Of a stretch of DNA of 64,000 bases, positions 36,257 to 47,400 are shown one piece after another. Source of the stretch: Chiloscyllium plagiosum (taxonomy: Eukaryota). Below the pieces are notes generated by a model, which was not told the origin of the DNA, made no database searches, and worked only from the letters and a program-made list of their open reading frames with translations. Both the position numbers and the translations under genes were made by a program. The stretch's first letter is position 1, and every line of letters starts with the position of its first letter. The stretch spans positions 18,624,930-18,688,929 of the forward strand of contig NC_057737.1 in assembly GCF_004010195.1 (NCBI RefSeq). Reading direction: 5' to 3'.

Positions 36257-38339
36257 ATGGGATTCAGGAGGTTGCTGTTTGAACTGTCCACTTTCTGATG
36301 TTTTTCTGTGCTGGTAATCTCACAGAAGAACTTAAGATGGACAAGAAATTGTAACACTTAAGGAATAGATACCCAAAACACTCACAAAGCAATATAAAAC
36401 TTGTCTATTCCAGTGTATGTAAATATTTAGCAGCAAGAAACATCTTAAATACTGCCAAACAACTACTTTGGCACTGAAAATAGCATTGTATGAGTATGTA
36501 GACCCCTTCTTTCAGAGTTAATTGATTATGTATTCATTTTTAAATAACTTAATTTTTAAAATTTTAACTTTCTTTCTTTTATCTTCCTATCTTAATTCAG
36601 TCGGTCTTTCCTTCAGTTTATTTCTCTTTCCATAAATATCCTAACTTATATTTCCTTTTCCAAAGTAATCATGTTTCAATCTGAATTCATCAGTCTGATT
36701 GATTACATTGTTAAATAATTGGTGTGTTTATACAGATTTGCAGATCCCCTGCTTACTTTGGCTTTCCAATGACAAGAAGTTCTGGGGCAAAATCCCAATG
36801 GACATGCGTGACCTAGTGTTAATGTAATGAAATGATGTAATTAATTAATTTATCATTGATCAAGCTTTTAAAGACAATGTTTCATACATAAATTGAAATT
36901 GCAAATTCATTCAAGAATCAATTGGATACATATCAGTAGAAATTGGACAATTTTAAGTTTGAGAATAAATGTAACAAATTCTTGTTTCTGGCATCACATG
37001 TTGCAATTTAACATTAGTGTGCTCAAGTGGATGCTGGTAGGGGGAGATGGTGCCATATGATTCAACTTCAGTTATGTATAATTATTATCTTATCCTGAAG
37101 TTATATTAATTTATTTTGTATCATTGAATTTCAAGACACATTGGACAACAGTTTTGGAAAGTTAATTTTGTTTGTTTAATTTCAATTTTATTCCAGTGGA
37201 GGACAAGATAACTTTTTATTTTGATGTCAGTGGCCTACTGAGCATTTCTGAGCTGCAATGTCAATCTGGCAGGACCCTCATTAAAAAAAAACTTGTAAAG
37301 GATAAATCGCTTAAGTATTTTTTTCACACTTTTACTGTAACATAAACTCTAAACTTAAAACATTTACTTGAACTGTAACAAAAGAACACTGCAATTAGCC
37401 AAAGTTCTCAAGAAACTAAATCTGCTTCACGATGGGATATGTCCTGCAGATCCTACATATGATCACTAATTTCTGGTTAATTGCAGGAATGTGTGTTGAC
37501 ATAAGGGAGGTTTGCACTCACTGCTAATCTTAGCCCCTCCAATATTAAACAGCCTGCTGCCATACAATCTCAATTCACTCATAAAGAATGATCATTTAAG
37601 TGAACCACCAGAGAATAGCAAACATCTACTGAACCACACCCTCATTACATCAGTCTGATCAGGAAAAGGGGGTAAAAATGGAAAGGTATAATTACAGAAA
37701 GAAATCTAAACACAATGTGAGGCTGATTGCATACAATTGTTACAAAACAGTTTATGGGACATCTCATGTAGCAGCATATATACTACTTATGTTATACTAT
37801 TGCTACCCGCTGAGTCCATTACTTGGCCAGTTATTACAATGAGATAAATGTGTTAAATGGAGCCCTGATCCACAGTACTTATCATACATATCATACAACT
37901 TCATAATAACATTTAGAAGCATGCAACTCCATGTTCAAGAAGTTCTTTGAATGGTAGACCTATGAGATTTTAGGTGAGTGGGTATACCATATAGGAGAAA
38001 GTCAACAAAAGAGGTAAGTACTGCCAAGTGTCAATATTTTTAATCAACCTGTTCAGACATATTATGGTACACCTCTGGAGCAAGTAGGGCTTGAAGCTAG
38101 GCCTCTGGCTTGGAGCTAGGGATGCTGCCAATGTGCCATAAGAACCTGCCAACTAATTACAACATGCGTAGCTGCAGCAACGTTAATGTAATACAGCTGG
38201 GTTTAATGCCCTAGATTAGGTTGCCATAAAAGTACCTGTTTCTGAATGCTTACAAAGTAAGCATCTGCTAGATGTTTTTGTGAGCACATACTTAATGTAA
38301 AGGCTGAACTAAGAACAATAACTTTTATTTATAGAGTCA

Positions 38340-38568
38340 TGATTTGGAGATGCCGGTGTTGGATTGGAGTGTACAAAGTTAAAAATCACACAACACCAGG
38401 TTATAGTCCAACAGGTTTAATTGGAAGCACACTAGCTTTCGGAGCGAAGCTCCTTCATCACGTGATTGTCACAATCACCTGATGAAGGAGCGTCGCTCCG
38501 AAAGCTAGTGTACTTCCAATTAAACCTGTTGGACTATAACCTGGTGTTGTGTGATTTTTAACTTTGTA
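38340..38568. mobile_element. Penelope-derived 197-bp near-perfect palindrome
   Basis: 98-bp arms 38372-38469 and 38471-38568 around C38470. Confidence 0.9.
38476..38510 (+). ncRNA. Minimal type I hammerhead ribozyme motif
   Basis: cac-CTGATGA-A-GGAGC(GTC)GCTCC-GAA-AGCT-A-gtg: both catalytic boxes, stem II, palindromic stem III and cac/gtg stem I are present. Activity untested. Confidence 0.75.
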
Positions 38569-39574
38569 TTTATAGAAGATCTTTAACATAGATGAATGAC
38601 TCAATGTGGAGTACAGTTCTATAGTCAGATAACAATCATCAATGAGGCATAGCATGGTGAACGAGTTTAGTTTAAGGTAGGCCTTCAAGCATAAGAGAAT
38701 TGGAAAAGTGGAAAGGTTTTGGGAGGGAATTTCAACTGTTATGATCTAGATAACTGAAGGCATGGTTGTTAGTAGCGATACATTGATTTGAACTGATGCA
38801 GAGTTCTTGGAGGATAAAGGAAGAGGGTAAGTAGTCTTTTTTTTAATTGAATACAACATGCAGCGTAGAAATAGACCCTTCAGCACAGCAGGTCAATGCT
38901 GATGTTTCTGCTCCAGAGGAGCTCTCATCCTTCTTCATCTAATACTATTAACATAACCTTTTCTTTGCATATTTACTTAATTTCCACTTAAATGCATCCA
39001 TAGTATAGATGACTACTGTGTCACTTACACATTCCTATCTGTAAATGCTAGCTCATTTGATATAATTAAAATGATATAAACCATAAAGGGATAATCTCTT
39101 TTTTTCCTGTGTAATGCTAAGCTGGAGACCTTTATACCAAAATCACGTGGAAAAGGCCAGTGAATTATGTTGTCTATTCACTATCTGTTTCTTGTAGATA
39201 TTTTAATCAACTTGAACAGCGATGTTATTACACTCTTCTGGAATAGGGGGCTTGAACTCAGGTTTGCTGCTCTAGAGGTAGGGATATTGCACTGAACCAC
39301 AAAGGCCGTACCTGTTCCTTCTACTGAGGCTGTGGACTCCTCGCAAGCAAATCTTCAAAAGTAGCAGAAGGTCCAGGTGGACAGGGCAGCTCCTTATCCC
39401 TTGAACATATGTGAGACAGTTGTGCTCTTCAAGCATTTTATTTTCAATACAAATATAAATGCACAATAATAATAAACAGTATAAAACACAATAAAAATAA
39501 GGAAGATTGAGGCTTTGAAAATGTTGAACTCAAGGATCAGAATTTGGAAATTGTGGCTTTGGGATTTTTAAAAA

Positions 39575-39907
39575 TATTCATTCACAGGATAAGGGTGTTG
39601 CTGGCTAGGCAGTATTTATTGCCCAGAGGGCAGTTAAGAATAAACAACATTGTTGGGGGTCTGGAGCCATACATAGGCCAAACCAGGTAAGGATAGCAGT
39701 TTCCTTCCAAAGAGGGCATAAGTGAAGCAGATGGGTTTTTCCAACAATGGATTCATGGTCATCATTAGATTCTTAATTTCAGATTTTTTTTATTGAATTC
39801 ATATTCTACCATCTGCCATGACAGGATTTGAACCTCGGTCGCCAGAACATTATCTGGGTCTCTAGATTAACAGTCCAGCAATAATACCATTAGGCTATTG
39901 CCAGCCC
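39575..39907 (-). mobile_element. tRNA-derived SINE (third family)
   Basis: Minus-strand B-box GGTTCAAATCC (~39824-39834) and an A-box-like head at the right end. Confidence 0.7.
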
Positions 39908-39919
39908 TTTAGCTTAGTG

Positions 39920-41140
39920 GAAGTCAGAGAGCAATGGATGAATGAATCTTGTTGCAGAACAGCTTACAGGCAATAGAGGTTTGGATGAGTTGAAGTGTAC
40001 CAAATGTGGAGGAAGAGAGACTAGCAAGGGTATTGGAATAGATGAGTCTAGATGCGGCAAAAGTGTGGAATAGAGCATCTGCAGCAGGAACTGTGACAGG
40101 CAATGTTATGAACATGCAAGTCAGTTGTGTTTGTGTTTGACAGAAGATGAGATTAGAAGTTCAACTCTGGGTCAAAAAACACTCTGAAGTTGTGGACAGT
40201 CTGACTGGATAGGAGACAATAGCTGTTGATTGGGGAGGAATCAACTTCCAGGATAGTGAGTTATAATAACCAGGGCCCAGGGCTATTGTGCTCAGGTTGT
40301 CAGCAGAAACCAGGGTCCAGAGCAATTTCTGGGCCCATGGTTTTTTTTCTTTGTGTAATCAGTAGCACAGGACTGAGGTTTGTAGCAGGGGTAACTGATA
40401 ATGACTTCAGTCTTTTCATTGTTTACTTGGAGGAAATTGTGCTTTATGTGGGGCTAACAATCAGAGAATCTGTCTGACAACACAAAAGTAATAATGAAAA
40501 AGGCTGAGCTACATATCACAAGCATTCAAACAAACTCCAATCCCATATCTTCACATGATGTTGCATGGGGGCAGAATCTTGAGGAACTAGAGTAGCCCCA
40601 ACAATTGATCCTTGAAGGCCTCTGGAGTCATAGTGCAAAGGTTGAAAAATTTTGAGTTGCACTGTCTGCAATTAGATAAGTAAGAGTTAAACCAAGCAAC
40701 ATGATTCCATTTAGCTGGATGATGAGGGGAGGCAGAGGAGAAAGATACGGCTGTGGACAATCTCAGAGGTTAGAGAGAGACTGAGAAGGATGAGGTGTGG
40801 TTTTACACCATAATTGTAGAAGACATTATTTGAAACATAGGACAGTTTCAGGGCAGTAATAGGGATAAAAATCTGATTGGAGAGATGGTGCTTGAGTTCA
40901 GGAGATGTACTGTAACCTGTTTAAGGCCTTTAGCAAGAAGGTTTTGATGAGGCAGTAGTTTAGTAGGCTTTGACAGTGAAGTGGGGTGGGGTGTGAGGTG
41001 ATAAGGGAGAGGCAATTGGATGAATGGCTTAAATTGTACTGACAAACAAGTACAAAAACTCTGTTTTTTGAGGTGAATGAGAAAGTGGCAGAGAAGAGTG
41101 TGTAAGGAAACAATAAACAGTAGAGAAAGGAACCGAAGGT
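39920..41140 (-). mobile_element. Highly decayed LINE (L2-like) remnant
   Basis: Purine-rich plus strand and patchy RT-like remnants; family assignment weak. Confidence 0.35.
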
Positions 41141-43979
41141 CATCTTTGTTGATCAGATTTGGACATTAAATGATAAATCATTTGGCATGGAGAAGGGTTG
41201 ACAATAATGACATGATCCGATAGATCTGACAATGGGTAGTTAAATTACCTGTGTACAGGTATGCTATACTCTCAGCCCCTTGGACTTAAATGAGCAAAAA
41301 TTGAAAACCACCAGTTGGAAGAGGCCCTATATTGATGGTAACACGTGAGTAAAATATGAAAAGTAATTCCTGTTGGAACAATGTAAGTTAGTTAAAGTGA
41401 GCACACTGACCTCATAAAAATCGAGTTGGGAGGTGATGGTAGGTCTCTGATCTGTTGATTGGCAGTAGGGTTGCCAACTGTGATTAAGTGTATTGTTGGA
41501 AATTTAATTAAATTACTTGGCCTCATGATCCAGCCATTAGTTGGTCAATGAACACATCTGGTGACGCACTACCTTCACCAGCTAATTGGAAAGCAGAACC
41601 TTTCATTACCCAGTTGAACAATGCTTGACTGTCAGCTAAGCTTTCCCACTGCTGATATTGTTATAATTGGTAAATAGTATACTCAAAGAAAATTGTAAAA
41701 AATTTTAATGTCCCAATGATATTTCTCCAGGTTGAATATAGCAGTGGTCTGGATATTGATTTTTAAATCCCTGGAGATTCCAGAGCACTCCGAGAGGGTT
41801 GACAATGATGGCCACTGGTCACTGTGAGGTTTCTTATATCCTCAGAACTCTCTATCCCATATTCAATGATAAAAGATTCCTAGGAAAGTATAAAGGAGCA
41901 GGTTGTGTCCTTAAGCACTGAGACAGTGTCTGGATCGTTAGGTCTTTGACCCTTTTTCTCTGTGGAGACTACAATTACAAGTAAAATGAACAATCAATAA
42001 TCTAGTCCTTCAGCCACACACACATGGTTCTTCAGAACCTGGCCTGAGTCACCCTTTATAATCAAAACAATTGCATGGAAAGTTGCTTTTAAAGACTGGT
42101 GTCTTGCCACTAGAAATAATCTATAAAAGTGGGTCTCTACACATCATGTCCGATGATAAAAGTTACAAAGTGTTGCTGTGTTGCTGAGAAAGTCAATCAA
42201 ACTGACTACTCTTTGTAAGTCAAGATACATACTTAAAAGTAGCATTTTGAACAAGACCAGATGTAGCTATATCATGAAGTTCTACGACACAGAAGGAGAC
42301 CTTTTGGCTCATCATGACAATGATATAAAAGTTTCCAATTAGCGTTCTAGCCTCCTGCTCTTTTCCATAATGGTACAAATATTTTCCGTCAAAATATTTA
42401 TCCCATATCCTTTTGAAAGTTCATGGAACACAGAACAGAAAATAGAACTCTATAGAACAGGAACACTACAGCACAGGAACACCATGTCTGTGCCAACCAC
42501 GATACTATTCGAAACCAATTCCATCTGCCTGCACATGGTCCCTATCTCTCTAATCTCGACCTGTTCATGTGTCTGTCTAAATGACTCTTAAACTTCACTG
42601 TTTTATCTGCTCCTATCGAATCTGGCTCCAACTGCATGGTAAATAAAATATGTAACAATGTATATTCTTAAAATACATACATATGCACAGTCTTTGATAT
42701 TTGAGCTACTTTATCTATTTAAGGAAGGAAGCTCCAAAAATTAAACACAAATAGAGAAATAATATTACCACATGCCTCTGTTACCTAATGAAATAATTAC
42801 TGAGAATTAAAAAGGAGCCCTTGACAACTAAAAAGTAGCCCCTGAAAATCAAAATTTGGAAAAATTATTGAAGAGCTCCTTGAAAGAAACAAATTATATT
42901 GATCCTTTCTGGCAAATAGAATGTAAGGTTTTTGAAATTTGAAAGTGCAGCTGATTGTAATGTGAATTTTTTTTTCCATTGCAGATGCAGAAGGAAAGAG
43001 GTCAGAAGGTGGAAAAGTGGTCTGTCAGTCTGATGATGGATTCAAGGAAGTTTGGTTGTTAATGTGATGGCAGAAGTGGTGGGCCATGTCAGATAACAAG
43101 GTTGGAAGGGTAGCTACGAATAAATATAGAATTATATGGAGAGACAACTTAGAGGTCAGTGAGAAGGAAACCAGTTTGGATGAACATTGAAAGTAGCAAG
43201 AATGAAAAGTTATTTAGTGCAGAGGAAACTGAGAGGGGTCTGGGAGCACAGTTGAGATAAAGAGAGGCAAAGTGTCTTGAACTAACTGAGGTGTTCAAAT
43301 AGGGAGAATGTGCCAGTGGAGTAGCGGAGGTGGGGGAAATAATGCATGATTTGGTGATAAGATTACTGTATATAAAGGGGGTGGGGGTGGGAGAGGCTAG
43401 GAGAGGACTGGTATTTACAGAATTGTAAATTGCACGCAAGTGAAGAATCACTCAGGAATTGAGTAGATCAAAGAATAGACCGTTGGGGTTCATGCTTAGT
43501 GGCTCAGGCATGCTAGAACTTCCAAATAATTTACTGATAACACAGAAAAACTAATTACAACCATTTTAGCATCAAATAATACTGTCAAAGGTGTGACTAA
43601 GATGGTTTCAGAGCAGAGTTCTGTGATTACATAATAAAGACTAATACTCGCTGTTGCAGTTCACCATTGTTTTAATATATTGCAGGTATGTGAAAGGGGC
43701 CCTACATTTTTTTGGGGAACAGTCCCCAGCAATGTATAGTCCAACTTGACCAGAGAGTGCAGGCTTGATATCATCCTACTTCCACATGCACAATTCTGAC
43801 TGCAGATCTTAAATAATGACGGCACTGCAAGTTGTAAGATGAAATGTGTTAGTTAGAACAATACATATTCTCCACAGTATCTGCTAATGTTCTTGCAGCG
43901 TAAATTAAACAAAAGCTGTATAAAGCTGTCTACGAGGTCAACTCTTTGTTCTCGGCTGCACTTGTGTCTACTGTAGACT

Positions 43980-44216
43980 GTAGTTTTTGCTGATTTGTGT
44001 GGTGTTGCCAATGAAACAAAGCAAAGAGCTGGAGTCAGCTTCTGCTGCTTCAGTATAATGACATTTTGTTTTGTTTATCCCTTTATGATCTAACCTGTTT
44101 GAAAAGAAAGAAAATGCAAAAAGCAAATCCATTGGATATATAAATAGGATGAACTGAGGTTGAAACATCACTTTTCATATTCTCTCTTGTCTGGCAAAAG
44201 ATTGAGCTGTTTCTGG
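43980..44216 (+). promoter_or_regulatory. crybb1-like promoter and non-coding exon 1
   Basis: TATAAATA 44139-44146, Inr-like TCACTT near 44168, donor TGG|GTGAGC at 44217. Upstream: AT-flanked half-MARE TGCTGA 43988-43993, MARE-like AGCTGGAGTCAGCT 44027-44040, Sox-type AACAAAG near 44015. Confidence 0.65.
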
Positions 44217-44386
44217 GTGAGCCATTATAATACTTCCAAAAAGTTAAACTTATGAACTGTTGTGAAAACTTAATAAAATATAAAATTTTAGGAAAAATCA
44301 AGTTAAGCAAATATGTATAAAACCATTTAGCAACTAAAGCAAAATAAATTGTTTATATTTCAATTATTGTTTTAACAGTTGTCACA

Positions 44387-44452
44387 ATGTCTCACACTGG
44401 AACTCAGGGTAGTATTGGAAGCCATTCTGCTTCAAGTCTTCGCACTAACAGG
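44387..44452 (+). CDS. crybb1l: crybb1-like exon 2 coding part (N-terminal arm)
   Basis: Acceptor tttaacAG 44377-44378, acaATG, donor AGG|GTAGGT. Confidence 0.85.
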
Positions 44453-47400
44453 GTAGGTGTATTGGTGTGTTTTTATTTCAATTTTATAAATTATCTATTA
44501 GTGATATTAGAGTAGGTGCAGTTTAGTGCAAATGAAGATTTATTATTAAGTAACAGTTCCTATTATAGAAGTATCTTAATGTGAGCTAACTTGTGGCTTG
44601 TCATTAGAAAGTTTGTGACAGGTATGATCCAGGGTCAGTCCACTTACTGACTGAGACTCCATAGCATACACAATGACAATCAATAAGCATTGTTATTGTG
44701 AAGTATTTTGCATTGCAATTACTATATCTCTCTACTTAGAAAACAGTGCAATATTAATTTGCCTAAAATAATTTTACCAGACTTTAACTTCCTGCAAATA
44801 GTTATGGTTTGAAATTGGCATAGAGTAAAATATCAGTTTTAACTTCCCTCTTATTGAATTATACATGTTTGGGAAGGAACAAGCCAAATGTATATTCAAA
44901 TCAACCTGTTTGGAGATGATATTATACACCTCTGGAGCAGCCGAACTTGAACCTAGGCCTCCTGGCTCAGAGGTAGGGGCACCATCAATATACCACAATA
45001 GCCCTATGAGCAAGCCCATTCTCTATTGCTCAAGTGATCACAGGTGACTAACCTTCATTGGTGCTTTGAGATAGCATGAATTTGAATTTAATATAAATTG
45101 CAGTCAAAACCAATCCTGACCTTAATAATGTCTACATGTGAGCAGCAGTCATCTGATAATAAGAGGGGGTGAGAATTCTGGCTACTTCCTTAACTACCCA
45201 TTTATCCAAGTACTGAGATATGAACTAACTTGCCAAACACAGATGTTGAATACAAGACCCTGCTGCTCCATATCTCAGTGGCGCACAAAACATTCATATA
45301 CCCAGTGTTCATAGTATACTTTTTTGAATTAATAATGCAAGGTAAGGTTTTAAGTGCATGCTTTATATTTCAATTTTAATGCTTCAATTATAAGATGTTA
45401 ACTGAAATTCCTTTGTGCCATTTTTGTTCTTAGATGATCATATATGAGTATGAAAACTTCCAAGGTCGCAGGATGGATATCAATACAGAGTGCAGAAACA
45501 TCTGTGAACGGGGGTTCGATAAAGTGGGGTCCATCCGTGTTGAGTGTGGACCGTAAGAGATTGCTTTGAGAATCGATTTCTGTAGTGCAACTATATATTA
45601 ACTTTCCTGATGCATTGGCATTTTCCCCAGCTTTTGCAGGTGGACACAGTTCCTTTTGTTTAAACATCAGAGTCCTGAATACTTATGCTTCAGCTTATTG
45701 GTAGTGAGTCAATAGTAAGTCAGGATGAGACCTATTTCTTTTACAATACATATTTATGCTGACATACTTATCTTCTGAAGCTCTGCCTCAGATTTTGAGG
45801 GCATAACATATGTCACAGAATGGTGATCTTCAAATAGGGAGTGCACAACACACCTCCTACACTTAACTAATATCAGACCATAACTTCAGAGATGAGACAT
45901 TCATATTTTGATTTGCATATACATAAATAAGTAATACCACTTCCTACAATTATGTTATTAATTTATACAACATTATGGTTTGCCCAGGGAACAGTAACCC
46001 TCTGGTACCTGGCCAAAATGGTTACTTCTGGTTTACCACATTGAGCATCAGTAGGATATTTGTGCCTTAGAAATTACATTATAAACCTTGGCTTACAAGT
46101 TGTGGGAATACATTAACCACGTTATGAAACACAGAACTTCGATTAATCATTGTAACTCGCGATGATCAGTCAGTGAGTATATTCAAGATCCAATGACTCA
46201 TGACAAATTACATATTTTTAGTTTTTCAACTTGAGTCTTTCAACATGCATTTCATTTTACAAAGCATTATCCTTTTTATTAAATTGGTTTATTGTGTAAC
46301 ATGTAAGGGCAAACTTGATTTTGTTGCAATAATTTATTTATCAGGTGGGTGGGTTATGAACAGCAGAACTTCTGTGGTGAGATGTTCATGCTGGAGAAGG
46401 GAGAATATCCTCGTTGGGACTCCTGGTCCAACAGCTATCGCACTGACTGTATGATGTCTTTCAGACCTGTAAGAATGGTAAGTTTTGCTGCAAGACTTCA
46501 TATTGCACATCTATAAAGAATTTTCTAAAAAGTTAGATAAGAATTGGAAATGGCCTATATTTGGACATGGGGATAATGGATTTTAACCTGCCCATGCTCA
46601 TTTCATTGAGGGCAGCACAGAAACTTAGTGGTGCCCCCCTCACTGTAAAGACTGTTTCTTTTTTATTTTTCTATATTGGCTGAAATGGGAAAAGGACTGT
46701 TTCAAAAGTCAAGGATTTCTGAAAGATTACAATATTTTTTCAAAGCAAGTTAGCTGCCCCTCATTGTAAGTGCTGTTTACAGCTAGTGGTTCGAACATTG
46801 GGGTAAAAAATTGTGACAGAAAAGCTGGAACAATGGGATTATGTACAAATGGAGATTTGGCTGCCATTAAGTAGCTGATTAGTCTGTGAAATGGTGACCC
46901 AGTTATTGATGATAAAAGCCACCTGCCTACCAACAACTGTGATTGACTCCCAGGGGGCTGAACAGGGGTTTGGGAATGTTTGGGTCAGAGATCATCAGTT
47001 GTTGCTCTCCAATAAAAAGCACCTCAGACCTAAAGACAGCCAATTATTTCCCCTCATCTGTTGCATAAGCTGTGACTTTTAACTAATAAATCAGAGGCCT
47101 TTATAAGTGTCAACCAATCACCTTGTGCCTTCTACAAATTAGTTGAAGTATCTAGAGAGGGAAGGTAGAGAAGCAGAATTCTGATCAGCAAACCATGTGA
47201 TCAGGAATCACTGAACTGCCTTCCCAGTCAGAAACATTCTGACAAAGGGTCCTGAGACTGGAAATCTTAACTCAGTTTTTCTCTCTACAGATACTATCAG
47301 ACCTGCTGAGTTTCTCCAACATTTTCTGTTTTTGTTTCTGATTTCCAGCATTCACAGTTTTGTTTTTACTGCAGTAATTCCAACTGTTATAGAATCGTAG

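Noticed and set aside
38372-38568. Recurring palindromic repeats as a CRISPR array or prokaryotic contamination
   Set aside because: No repeat-spacer periodicity; the copies are dispersed Penelope termini, and the context is spliced vertebrate genes and shark SINEs.
43919-43925. TATAAAG as the crybb1-like TATA box
   Set aside because: 44139-44146 fits better: it has an Inr-like sequence ~30 bp downstream, a consensus donor at 44217 and Maf-like sites upstream.
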